A stretch of 64,000 nt of DNA from a virus. The notes under the pieces were generated by a model, which saw nothing but the letters and a program-made list of their open reading frames with translations, did no database searches and was not told the origin of the DNA. The stretch spans positions 1-64,000 of the IMG/VR virus record IMGVR_UViG_3300028920_000029. One strand, given 5' to 3'. The position numbers and the translations under genes were made by a program. Positions 30,695 through 40,537 of this stretch are shown here, piece by piece. How positions within the stretch are numbered: the stretch's first letter is position 1; every line of letters begins with the position of its first letter.

Positions 30695-31192
30695 ATGGAA
30701 ATGAAAAAGCTTATAGTGTTAGTAATAGTTTTTTGGGCTATTATGTTTCTATTTGTAGCCTTAACTAAAGCAGGGGCTGTGGATATTGGTGGAGATATAG
30801 GAGAGATAGAGAAAACTCCAGTAGTTAAACCTACGCAAGTAGTTAAACCTACAGTCATACCTACGGCAACTCCAACCCCAACCCCCATACCAACACCATT
30901 TTATACCATTGTAAAGTATACAACGTCAACAGATATAAAGTATACGGCATTGCTGGCAGAACCCATTTATACCGAAAAAATGCTTTCTGTTAATCCTATA
31001 GTGTCTAAAGCTATATCAGCGTACCCAATTTCATCTGGGTTTGAGTATAGTGAAGATAAAAAAACTTCTTATGTTACATCAAAAATTGAGAGTAGGTATA
31101 AGTCTCTGTTTGAAAAAATGAAGCTTACGCCAGTTAATAACATTACAGAGGTATACTATAAGCCCACACCAACAGTGACGGTGGTAAAATGA
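30695..31192 (+). CDS. exported protein with signal peptide and PT-rich linker
   Basis: MKKLIVLVIVFWAIMFLFVALTKAGA; (VVKPTQ)2 and PTATPTPTP. Confidence 0.65.
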   Translation: MEMKKLIVLVIVFWAIMFLFVALTKAGAVDIGGDIGEIEKTPVVKPTQVVKPTVIPTATPTPTPIPTPFYTIVKYTTSTDIKYTALLAEPIYTEKMLSVNPIVSKAISAYPISSGFEYSEDKKTSYVTSKIESRYKSLFEKMKLTPVNNITEVYYKPTPTVTVVK

Positions 31193-33012
31193 AACGAATA
31201 CTAACTATACTAACCATACTTTTACTACTTCCTTTATCGGCGTACTCTGCGACAGCTACTTGGCCAGAAGACGTAGTGGGTGTATGGGAATTTGAGGGAG
31301 ACGGAACCGATGATATAGGAGATATTGGAGATTTTGCCACGTATGGAGTAGGACCACAATTTAATACTTCGGTTGTTAAATATGGGACGTACTCTTATCA
31401 AACAAATGGGACTGGGTCCTATTACTTCTCAAATGACCAGTATACAAACTTAGCGGCGCTTGACCCAATAACAATTGAAGGATGGTGGAGATACGGGACA
31501 AACAATTCAAGTTTTTGGAAAATATGGTTAAAAGGAAATTGGGATTCAACTAGTGGTTTATATTGGATGCGAGGCGGTTATGGTTTATGGCCAGCTAGTG
31601 AAACAACCCTTTTTTGCACCCACTTTAACTGGAGGACTCCCGCGGGTCCTTCGGCAGATACTTGGGCTCATATATCGGCTCAATGGGATAGCGTAAGTCA
31701 AGTAGGCTCAATATATTTAGACGGCGTGAAGGTTGGAGATTGGACAGGTCAAGCAACAAACCCTTTTGCCTGTTATACAAGCAATAATTTTTTAGGGTGT
31801 AATACTAATGGAGCTAACTCAGCTACTGACGTTTATCTTGATAGAATAGTGGTTAGTAACGCACTAAGAAACGGTGTAGAAACAACACCCGAAGTTACGA
31901 CACCCACGGTTACTGAGACAGTAACTCAAACAGTAACTCAGACAGTAACCAAGACTATAACGTGTACGTGTACTCAGACAGTAACCAAAACGGTAACACC
32001 CACATATACGGTTACTAAGACTTCTACAGCAACACGAACGATAACTCCCACTTATACGGCTACGCCTACGGCTACTCCGACAGCTACAGTAAGTCACACA
32101 TTTACAGCTACGCCTACATTTACTCCTCAACCAACACTTATTATAGCAAAATCACAGAGTTCTGGTAGTATTTCTAATGGAGATACGTTTACATACTACA
32201 TTAATTGGGAAATTACTGGTAGTTCTACAGGTATTACAATACGCGATATTTACGACGCGTCTAAGATAGACTTTTTAGCGGCTTCACCAGTACCGACTAT
32301 TATTGCGACCACCCAAATAGTTTGGGATTTAGGTGAACAGCACGATACTGCAGGTGGTATAACGTTTACGGCAAGAGCGAAGGTAGGAACAGGTACGTTT
32401 TCTAACGTATCTAGAATAGAGGTTGCTTCCGCGCCAGTATTTCCGTCCGCAGAAATTACCGTAGGGTTTAATACTCCAACATTTACCGCTACTCCAACGT
32501 ATACTGTAACTCCTACACATACTATTTCACAGACGCATACAGTCTCTCCTACGCACACAGTAACAGAGTCTCATACGGCGTCGCCCACTATATCAAATAC
32601 GCATACCATAACGCCTACGATAACAGAGACCGTAACACTTACTCCGACCTTAACGATAACTATGACACATACGGTGACACCCACATGTACAGCCACACCA
32701 ACAATAAATTTAACTCCGCACTACTACTATAGTAGTTTAGATTACTTAGCGCACCCACAAAAGGTTAAGGTTACTACAACCACTGGAACAAAGATAATGG
32801 AGCATCCGTGGGCTGGCGGTATAGTTTCAGTCGGTATAGCTCAACTGAGGTCTGGTCCGTTGTCACCAGCAGTGGCAGTGGATGTTCAGATAAGGACATT
32901 TAATACATACACAGAGTTTAAGATAGTAGATAGTTCTGGGGATACGGTGGATTGTTCTTCAGTGAATGCTATACTAGAATACTTCGCCATACGCGAAAGG
33001 AATGAATTCTAA
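31189..33012 (+). CDS. exported LamG/ConA-like + TPT mucin-like + DUF11/Ig-like protein with shared C-terminal domain
   Basis: Signal peptide ending AYS-A; ITIEGWW, WAHISAQWD, IYLDGV, YLDRIVVS; IAKS...GDTFTYYI..IRD; long TxT/TPT tracts. Confidence 0.7.
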   Translation: MKRILTILTILLLLPLSAYSATATWPEDVVGVWEFEGDGTDDIGDIGDFATYGVGPQFNTSVVKYGTYSYQTNGTGSYYFSNDQYTNLAALDPITIEGWWRYGTNNSSFWKIWLKGNWDSTSGLYWMRGGYGLWPASETTLFCTHFNWRTPAGPSADTWAHISAQWDSVSQVGSIYLDGVKVGDWTGQATNPFACYTSNNFLGCNTNGANSATDVYLDRIVVSNALRNGVETTPEVTTPTVTETVTQTVTQTVTKTITCTCTQTVTKTVTPTYTVTKTSTATRTITPTYTATPTATPTATVSHTFTATPTFTPQPTLIIAKSQSSGSISNGDTFTYYINWEITGSSTGITIRDIYDASKIDFLAASPVPTIIATTQIVWDLGEQHDTAGGITFTARAKVGTGTFSNVSRIEVASAPVFPSAEITVGFNTPTFTATPTYTVTPTHTISQTHTVSPTHTVTESHTASPTISNTHTITPTITETVTLTPTLTITMTHTVTPTCTATPTINLTPHYYYSSLDYLAHPQKVKVTTTTGTKIMEHPWAGGIVSVGIAQLRSGPLSPAVAVDVQIRTFNTYTEFKIVDSSGDTVDCSSVNAILEYFAIRERNEF

Positions 33013-33422
33013 TGACTACTTTAGAAGAAAAGTTTAAGCTTATAAAGTTGGGTGCAGAAACATTTAGGGCTGTACTTTTAGATATAGGAATTATACTAGG
33101 TATCTTGGGAGCCCTAGCACAGGGTGGAGACCTGGTATTAAAGAAGGTAAACTTTGGTAGTGGCGGTATAGATGTAGCGTACGAGGCTAAAGAAAGGAAA
33201 ACCGTTAAGTTGGAGGCTATTAGGATTGAGGGGGCTGGTACAGGTTCTACGGACAAGAAGTTAAGGTTAATGCACCCAGATAAACTAAAACAGTTATCGC
33301 TTAAGAATAAGAAAGAGCAGGATATGATAACGCTTAGAAATTGGATTTTCGGTATAATGATGTTAGGACTACTAGGATTATTTTTTAGGAAGAAAAAGAA
33401 AAGAAAAGTGGAGTATCTGTAA
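33012..33422 (+). CDS. membrane protein (two hydrophobic segments, basic C-tail)
   Basis: VLLDIGIILGILGALA and WIFGIMMLGLLGLFF followed by RKKKKRK. Confidence 0.6.
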   Translation: MTTLEEKFKLIKLGAETFRAVLLDIGIILGILGALAQGGDLVLKKVNFGSGGIDVAYEAKERKTVKLEAIRIEGAGTGSTDKKLRLMHPDKLKQLSLKNKKEQDMITLRNWIFGIMMLGLLGLFFRKKKKRKVEYL

Positions 33423-35740
33423 TGAAGAAATTATTATTAGGAGTTATGTTACTCCTACTCAGTACCCAGATATTTGCGGCCGCTGCATATGATACCGTAT
33501 CATTTACGCAGGGAACCAATAGTACGTTTACATTTTCACATACCTGTACAGGTAATGACCTAGTACTTTTAGTATTTGTTACAATGGAACGGCAAACACA
33601 AACAGTAAGTTCTATAACTTATAATGGGGACGCCCTCACATTTGTTCGTAGGGATACCACAGCTGTAAACACCGATATTACACAGGAAGTGTGGAAAAAG
33701 GTAGACCCAGCTACTGGCGCTAACGATATAGTGGTTACCCTAACTGGTAGTGTTGATACGGTTATCGGGGCACAGAGTTATACGGGTGTATCCGATGTTG
33801 GGGCTAATACTGGAAATGCAGGTGCCTCACCCACCAATGCTTTATCCACAACTATTACAACAACTGCCGATAATTCTTATTTAGTTGGAGTTGTCGCACA
33901 AGAAAGGGGCGGCGTTACAATAACTATGTATCCAGATATGCAGCTACGTTATGCGGTACAAACGGGAGGGGGCGTGGGGGATATGTATGGTTCAGGATTT
34001 GACAGATTAGTAACTTCTACAGGAGATTATATTTTAGGATTTACAAGTAGCTCAGCTGTAGGTAGCGCTATATCCGCAGTAGAGTTATTAGAGTTTATAG
34101 CTACCCCAACAGTAACTCCAACAATAACAGAAACCTTTGAAGATACCTTGACAGTAACTCCGACTGTAACACCGACGCGTACAAATACGCCAGATTGGAC
34201 ACGTACAATAACACCGACGCTCACGATTACGCCCTATTGTTCTTTATATTACGGAGGTACTGGGTTAGATAGATTTACGGATTCATTAGTGGACTCGCGT
34301 ACAAACGAGCAGGTAATAGTAGGGTACTCAGATTCGGAGGGATATGGGGATTCTGATGTGTGGATAAGGTGGCAGGATTTGGATGGTACGCTCCTAGAAG
34401 AAAAGTTTATAGGCGGAACAGAATTTGATGCTGCTTACGCAATTTCTGAGCACCCCACCGATGGCTGGGTACTTGTTGGGCAAACCGATTCTTTTGGGGT
34501 AACGGGACAAAATATATACGTAGTTAGGGTTAACGCAGAGTATAATGTGGTATGGCAAAAATATTATGGCGCTAGCGGTAACGCTAGAGGGGCGCACATA
34601 AAAGAAATAACATCTGATGGAGAAATAACGGGGTACGTTATAGTCGGGTACACCAACGATTTTACTTCTGGGAATTTAGACGCGTATATAATTATAACAG
34701 ATGTAGAGGGTAACTGTACTAACTCACATACGTATGGCAGTACTTGGGACGATGAATTTACGTCGGTAGAATACCATGAGGACGAAAATCATTTCCATAT
34801 TACGGGATATAAATCTGTAGCCTCAGATAACAAGGATGGGTGGGTGGCTGTTATTGACGCGACGTCGTTAGCAATACTTGATGAGAATACGTATGGTGGT
34901 GACGGAAACGACGTAATATATGATTGGGATACTTCTGAAGAAGATCCAGACGTTTCGTATTGCTATGGAACTTATACTAATAGTAGTTTAGACTTTTGGT
35001 TTTTACGAGTTGGAACAGAGTCTTTGAGTTTATTAAGTTCACATACTTATGGTGGTAGTGGTGTGGAATACGGTTATAGGGGTGTTGAACTTAACGGAAA
35101 TATATATATTTCGGGGAGTACCAGTTCTTATGGCGCAGGAGGGTTAGACGCGTATGTTGTTTGGGCAGAGACAGATGGTACTGAACTACGAACTTGGACT
35201 TTTGGGGGACCAAACGATGACGAAATTTATGATTATATTACTATAAACGCACCTATTGGAGAGATACACGCTTACGGATATACAGAATCGTACGGTTCTG
35301 GTCAGGCAGACGGTTGGATTTTATGTGGGCTTGATCCGCAATTTCCACAAATACCTTTTACCGCTACTGCGACAGCGACATTTACCTCAACTGTTACGCC
35401 GTCACCAACTATAACTCCTACGGCTACAATAACGCCAGGATCAATACTTATGACTAGTGTGCACTCAAAGATGCTACACGTTACTATAGACACCGAAGGC
35501 GGTACTGGTACCGCAACATGGCAAGGGCAATTTCCGTGGACTTGGTTTAACACGTACCCGTTTATACAGTACGTAAGTATGCCAGCAGATTCTATGGTAA
35601 AAAGGAATTATACATATTTAAGTAACACGTTGTCGTTTAGCGTGGTTGACATATCAGACGGCATTACTCCAGTAGACTGTTCGTCTACTAACGCAGTATT
35701 TGACGTTTTGATATTAGCCCCATTGGAGACTAGAGAATGA
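33422..35740 (+). CDS. exported beta-propeller-repeat protein with TPT linkers and shared C-terminal domain
   Basis: Signal peptide ending IFA-A; repeated (T)YGG...D...G(Y)T.S(Y/F)G.G..D.W units. Confidence 0.7.
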   Translation: MKKLLLGVMLLLLSTQIFAAAAYDTVSFTQGTNSTFTFSHTCTGNDLVLLVFVTMERQTQTVSSITYNGDALTFVRRDTTAVNTDITQEVWKKVDPATGANDIVVTLTGSVDTVIGAQSYTGVSDVGANTGNAGASPTNALSTTITTTADNSYLVGVVAQERGGVTITMYPDMQLRYAVQTGGGVGDMYGSGFDRLVTSTGDYILGFTSSSAVGSAISAVELLEFIATPTVTPTITETFEDTLTVTPTVTPTRTNTPDWTRTITPTLTITPYCSLYYGGTGLDRFTDSLVDSRTNEQVIVGYSDSEGYGDSDVWIRWQDLDGTLLEEKFIGGTEFDAAYAISEHPTDGWVLVGQTDSFGVTGQNIYVVRVNAEYNVVWQKYYGASGNARGAHIKEITSDGEITGYVIVGYTNDFTSGNLDAYIIITDVEGNCTNSHTYGSTWDDEFTSVEYHEDENHFHITGYKSVASDNKDGWVAVIDATSLAILDENTYGGDGNDVIYDWDTSEEDPDVSYCYGTYTNSSLDFWFLRVGTESLSLLSSHTYGGSGVEYGYRGVELNGNIYISGSTSSYGAGGLDAYVVWAETDGTELRTWTFGGPNDDEIYDYITINAPIGEIHAYGYTESYGSGQADGWILCGLDPQFPQIPFTATATATFTSTVTPSPTITPTATITPGSILMTSVHSKMLHVTIDTEGGTGTATWQGQFPWTWFNTYPFIQYVSMPADSMVKRNYTYLSNTLSFSVVDISDGITPVDCSSTNAVFDVLILAPLETRE

Positions 35741-38223
35741 AGAAGATATTTTTAGTGTGTATATTAGTTTTTATAGCGTGTAACGTTTCGGCGTATACCT
35801 GGACAAACCCAGCAGATGTTACTACTACGTCAGCAGGCTCGGTTAGTATCGCTGCCAGTGATGCAGTAGTTATGAATGATTACCTGTATATTTTTGGGGA
35901 AGGAAACACATTAAATCCTAACGGTACGTCGAACACCTTATATACGGCTCCGTTGGCGTTTAGTACTCCGTTTGTTACAAGGCCAGAGAGGGTTACGATA
36001 TCTAGTAAGTTCGGGGATATTTTTGGGTATAGTAATAGGTTATACTGGTTTCCGCAAACTATTGAGTACGACGCTGTTCCAGGACACTGCTACGATATTT
36101 ATTCATCTATAGTTTTTGGTACGTACGTTGGAGGGTTTAGCGATATAGGAGATCTGCCTGGGTATGATACTTATCCAGGAATACTCAGAACTATGGCGCA
36201 CGACGAAACCAATAATAGATTTTATACGTTTGGCGGCGCAATATACCCCAATCAGATAACGTCAAACTATTTGAATGTTGCTTCCGACGGTACCGACGTT
36301 TTAGTTAGTCAAATACAAATACAACATTTTGCGTTTAAAAGTCTTTGGCATCCTACGTGGTTTAAGATGGGCTCAGACCTTTTTTCTACGGATTTTGCTA
36401 GGGCATTAGATTTTTATACAGTAGCAAACATCTCCGTAACTTATGGAGGTTCTGATTGGTATATACTAACTGGGCATAGTGATGGCGGAAATGATGGTAA
36501 TGGGTATGGTATTCATAGAATAGACTCAGATGGGAATACATTGGCAATAGCGGATGTAACCGAAACAACGGGCCCTGAAGACTTATTATATTCTAATAGT
36601 GCAGTATATATGTGTGGAGACTTAGGTTCGGCTGGAGCATTAGTAAGAAAGTTTGATACAGATCTTAATAGTATTGCTGCTAGGTCTACAGGTATAGCTG
36701 GAACCACAGCTTTTAATGCTTTAACCGATAATGACACATACGTTTATGCTTGTGGCTATGTATCTGCAGCAGATCCAGTTGTACTAATTTCTAAGTTTCC
36801 AAGCGACTTATCATCTGTTCAGAACATGACGGTAAATGTAGTAAATAGTGCTGCTGAGAGTTTGTATGTTGGTACATCATATGACGATAATATATATTTT
36901 GGTGGAGTTGCCAATAACAACGCGTTAGTTATGAAAGTTAATCCGCAACTTACACCAATATGGACAAGAACATATGATCAAGGTGTTACAGAGACCATAG
37001 ACAACGGAATTTTTGTAGACTCTACTGGCGGGTCGGTTTGTGTTGTTGGTGATGCTGGAGGGTCGGATTTACTATTAGTAGTATATGATCTTGACGGAAC
37101 ATGCGTTACTGCAAAAACATTTACATCTGTAGCTATGGATGGTGAGGCCGCAATGTTGGATGACTATGTATATGGTGGTAATGCATCTAAGCTGCACAAA
37201 ATAGATTTCTTAGGTACCTCCATAGTATCTAGAGCCTGGGGATACGCGTCCTCAGATGTGTATCCGTCAAATATTATCTCAGGTACGGCTATATACGCTA
37301 ACTCAATAACAGATTCTTGGACAACCACCCTACCAGTAAGGTTATACGATGCGTATGCTACAGTGTATGGAGGATATTTATATATAGCTGGGGGTAGGGC
37401 GGTTAAGGATACGTCTCTTAGTGCAGTATACTCCGTTCAGCTTAACACAGATGGCACCCTTAAAATGAGTACGTGGGCCGCACAAACTTCACTACCTGCG
37501 GGGTATTCATTTGGTAGAAGTAAAAGAGAAAACAACATTTGGTATATTTTTGGGCAGCCAGATGATTCAGCAACAACTAACCACATGGTGGTTGGCGTTC
37601 TAGATGGGGCTGGCGGTATAGATAGTTGGACTGCCGACACTTCGCATCCAGCCAATTTGGCGTACGAAGATGTGGTAGTTAACGATAACGTATTGTACAC
37701 TATCGGCGGTTTCTCGGCGATGAATGAGACCCCAGTACATAACATTTATATGTCTTCATTAGACACCCCAACCTTTACTCCTACACAAACTGTAACACCA
37801 ACAAGTAATGCGTCTCCGTCTAGTACGGGAACGCCAAGAAATACTGGTACACCTACAATTACTATGACGCCCACAATAACTCCAACGTTTAGCACAACAC
37901 CTACAATAACGCCCACACATACAAACACGCCGCACGCTATATATTATAGGACTAGCCTAAACTACATACAGGGGTCCGTTTATATAGGAACCACAACTGG
38001 CGCAAATACTGTAGATGTGTCTGCACACTGGACGTGGTTTGAAGATGGTTATAGTGTATTTACAAGCAGAGATATAGTACAGGATAACACAAATATAGTT
38101 GTTTCAGAGAATGAATCTGGGCAATACTTTACAATTACCGTAGTTGACAAGACTACAGGTGACCCTATAGACGCATCGTCTAACACATGTCGCGTCTATT
38201 ATCAGGCTTTAAGAGAGCCGTAA
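35737..38223 (+). CDS. exported Kelch/beta-propeller-like protein with TPT linker and shared C-terminal domain
   Basis: Signal peptide ending VSA-Y; YLYIFG, FYTFGG, YLYIAGG, LYTIGG Kelch-like motifs. Confidence 0.7.
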   Translation: MKKIFLVCILVFIACNVSAYTWTNPADVTTTSAGSVSIAASDAVVMNDYLYIFGEGNTLNPNGTSNTLYTAPLAFSTPFVTRPERVTISSKFGDIFGYSNRLYWFPQTIEYDAVPGHCYDIYSSIVFGTYVGGFSDIGDLPGYDTYPGILRTMAHDETNNRFYTFGGAIYPNQITSNYLNVASDGTDVLVSQIQIQHFAFKSLWHPTWFKMGSDLFSTDFARALDFYTVANISVTYGGSDWYILTGHSDGGNDGNGYGIHRIDSDGNTLAIADVTETTGPEDLLYSNSAVYMCGDLGSAGALVRKFDTDLNSIAARSTGIAGTTAFNALTDNDTYVYACGYVSAADPVVLISKFPSDLSSVQNMTVNVVNSAAESLYVGTSYDDNIYFGGVANNNALVMKVNPQLTPIWTRTYDQGVTETIDNGIFVDSTGGSVCVVGDAGGSDLLLVVYDLDGTCVTAKTFTSVAMDGEAAMLDDYVYGGNASKLHKIDFLGTSIVSRAWGYASSDVYPSNIISGTAIYANSITDSWTTTLPVRLYDAYATVYGGYLYIAGGRAVKDTSLSAVYSVQLNTDGTLKMSTWAAQTSLPAGYSFGRSKRENNIWYIFGQPDDSATTNHMVVGVLDGAGGIDSWTADTSHPANLAYEDVVVNDNVLYTIGGFSAMNETPVHNIYMSSLDTPTFTPTQTVTPTSNASPSSTGTPRNTGTPTITMTPTITPTFSTTPTITPTHTNTPHAIYYRTSLNYIQGSVYIGTTTGANTVDVSAHWTWFEDGYSVFTSRDIVQDNTNIVVSENESGQYFTITVVDKTTGDPIDASSNTCRVYYQALREP

Positions 38224-38283
38224 TATTCGACTTTTCATTATATATGTTGGTATACTGTATAATGGACTGAAAGGAGGTTCACG

Positions 38284-38916
38284 ATGGCGTGGCCAAGCAG
38301 TTATGATACTTTTACGACAGTAAAAAACAGAGGAGATTCGGTAACGGAATCTCATACGCTTACCGCATCAGCAGTAGCTTTTACTGTTACTACAGATTTC
38401 AATATACTTGAGAGTGTTTCATTTTCTGGTATATACACTACAGAGGTTACCACATCTCCAGCAGCTACACAGTTTAGGGTATACTATAGGTCTAATCAAA
38501 TTGAATTAGGGCCGTTAGCCTCTAACGCAACACTTAATATTACGTATGTTACATCTGGTAAGGCGGCTAAGGCGGACCATATCACGGATTTAAATACGGC
38601 GGTAACCAACCTACAGGAAACATTAGGTTTGAATCCTCAGGGTACTGAGGATACTTTGGTTGACAGGCTTGACGTTTTAGCGTCAACAACAGGTATGCAG
38701 GCTGAAATAGAAGATTTTACTACGGATCTTGATGGAGCAACAAATATATTTGGTTTATCTTATCAGCCAGTAGATGCTAGGCACGTTTCAGTTGAACTTA
38801 ATGGAATTCAGTTAAGGTTTAATACCGACTATATCGTTGATATTCAGAATGTTGTACTGTCGGAAAATCCGTATTCCACAGATACACTTCAGATTAAGTA
38901 CTTTAGAAGTACATAA
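38284..38916 (+). CDS. virion structural protein
   Basis: MAWPSSYD start; ADHITDLNTAVTNLQETLGLNP; VELNGIQL..DY C-terminal domain typical of tail/fibre proteins. Confidence 0.55.
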   Translation: MAWPSSYDTFTTVKNRGDSVTESHTLTASAVAFTVTTDFNILESVSFSGIYTTEVTTSPAATQFRVYYRSNQIELGPLASNATLNITYVTSGKAAKADHITDLNTAVTNLQETLGLNPQGTEDTLVDRLDVLASTTGMQAEIEDFTTDLDGATNIFGLSYQPVDARHVSVELNGIQLRFNTDYIVDIQNVVLSENPYSTDTLQIKYFRST

Positions 38917-38927
38917 GGAGGCGCTAA

Positions 38928-39236
38928 ATGGCTTTTTCGGTTAGGATACATGGTGTAAGAGACATACAGGCAGGAACTATTACCAATGATAGTATTAGTA
39001 CTAGCGCCGCCATAGTAGAAAGTAAGTTAAGTTTAACGCATACTACTGCGAATCTATACAACTATGGATTACGAACAGATGAAAGTAGAACTATAGAGAA
39101 TAACGTTTATGTAACATTTCCCACCACTGGGTTTAAGTGGGTAGATTCGCAAAACGGACGAACATATTTTGCTACTATAGTAAACGGAGTAATGACTCTT
39201 ACTGAAGATGCTTCAGGAGATGCTACAGGATCATAA
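38928..39236 (+). CDS. putative virion structural protein
   Basis: IQAGTITNDSISTSAAIVESKL fibre-like repeat. Confidence 0.5.
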   Translation: MAFSVRIHGVRDIQAGTITNDSISTSAAIVESKLSLTHTTANLYNYGLRTDESRTIENNVYVTFPTTGFKWVDSQNGRTYFATIVNGVMTLTEDASGDATGS

Positions 39237-39251
39237 TAAGGAGCTGATATT

Positions 39252-39401
39252 ATGGGTAATGGTGTTAAGGTTCTTGACCACAAGTCGATGTCAAAAGATT
39301 TAAAATACGTGGTTAAGGAATTTAAGAAGGTAAATAAAAACGTAGTGAGGAAGGCCAATGATCTTAGGACCCAACTTGTACAAAGAATCAAAACTAGGTG
39401 A
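39252..39401 (+). CDS. small ORF (49 aa, not in track), possibly frameshifted 5' part of 39358-39603
   Basis: AAGGAG RBS; MGNGVKVLDHK...QRIKTR*. Confidence 0.45.
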   Translation: MGNGVKVLDHKSMSKDLKYVVKEFKKVNKNVVRKANDLRTQLVQRIKTR

Positions 39402-39603
39402 AGAAGAGGCGTCGGCGATAGACCGAGCCAAAAAGAGAATACTTAAGAATCCTATAAAGCAATTGCCGTTGTCTAATAAGGGTGATGGTACTAATAGGTT
39501 TAACTCTAACGAGAAACCAGAACACGATATTAATTGGCAGTATACGCATGACGATATTCAGAAGGTTGATAATACCTTTAACGAGATCAAACCTTTTCTA
39601 TAA
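39358..39603 (+). CDS. hypothetical protein
   Basis: ORF track; start uncertain. Confidence 0.45.
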   Translation: MILGPNLYKESKLGEEEASAIDRAKKRILKNPIKQLPLSNKGDGTNRFNSNEKPEHDINWQYTHDDIQKVDNTFNEIKPFL

Positions 39604-39612
39604 GGCGGGAAC

Positions 39613-40287
39613 ATGACAAAACATGCACTAATCTTAAAGAAGGCTGAATACCTGATAGGCAGAGAGCTTACCAGGGTAGAAGCTAAAGAGATAGTTCAGA
39701 ACGTCAAAGTCGGGAATATGAAAGAACTTAAGGACGCAGTAGATAAGTTTGATAGAGTAAGAGATTTTACTGATGTAGGTAGCATTGTAGAGGGCAGTCA
39801 GATAAAGGATAAAACAACTAAGGAAGAACTTAACTCAGTAATCCACGATATAGCTGTTAAGGCTACCTCAGTTGATAGCGGTATGAAGTTGTTAAGGGCT
39901 TCAACTGGTAAGAGCAGGGAGAGTCTGATGAAGTATATAATGAATTTATATCTAAGGGATGCTATGATGAAAGATAAAAGAAGGAAAACAGCAGATGGTC
40001 ATAGGACAATACTAGACGGTCCAGCATCACTTACTGATAACGTATCTGATACTGATCCGTTTGTTACGCCATTTCATAATCCTGGGCAGGAAGATAACTC
40101 AACTACTCAGGTACAGGATGAGTATCAGCAATCTGGGTATACTAAGAATGAGCTTGAGACAAGGCCGTATCATAATGAAAAGAAAAGAAATAAGAAGATG
40201 AAAGATCAAATTAGGAAGTATATAGAAAACAACATTGGAAAACCTACTGGTGGAAAAGAAGATAGTGATTCCATCGGTAAGACATAA
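39613..40287 (+). CDS. hypothetical protein
   Basis: ILKKAE and RRKTAD sites. Confidence 0.5.
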   Translation: MTKHALILKKAEYLIGRELTRVEAKEIVQNVKVGNMKELKDAVDKFDRVRDFTDVGSIVEGSQIKDKTTKEELNSVIHDIAVKATSVDSGMKLLRASTGKSRESLMKYIMNLYLRDAMMKDKRRKTADGHRTILDGPASLTDNVSDTDPFVTPFHNPGQEDNSTTQVQDEYQQSGYTKNELETRPYHNEKKRNKKMKDQIRKYIENNIGKPTGGKEDSDSIGKT

Positions 40288-40298
40288 GGAGGAAGTAA

Positions 40299-40535
40299 AT
40301 GAAGGGTCAGTACACACAAAAGATTAATAGGAAATCAGGTATGAAGAGACAGGCGTTTCTTGACGACTTAGCTACAGAGGCTGTTGAAGATGCGTATAAC
40401 TTCAACTCAGTAGATGAGGCAGTTAATCACCTAACCTCTAAGTACGAGCTTTCAACTAATGAGGTTATATATCTCAAGAAGAAAGCTAAAGCTAACAAAA
40501 TTGGTTTTGTTGAGGAAAAAAGAAAGGAGAACTAG
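40299..40535 (+). CDS. hypothetical protein
   Basis: AGGAGG RBS. Confidence 0.55.
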   Translation: MKGQYTQKINRKSGMKRQAFLDDLATEAVEDAYNFNSVDEAVNHLTSKYELSTNEVIYLKKKAKANKIGFVEEKRKEN

Positions 40536-40537
40536 TA

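Noticed and set aside
26712-38223. Diversity-generating retroelement acting on fibre/adhesin genes
   Set aside because: No reverse transcriptase and no near-identical TR/VR pair differing at adenines was seen.
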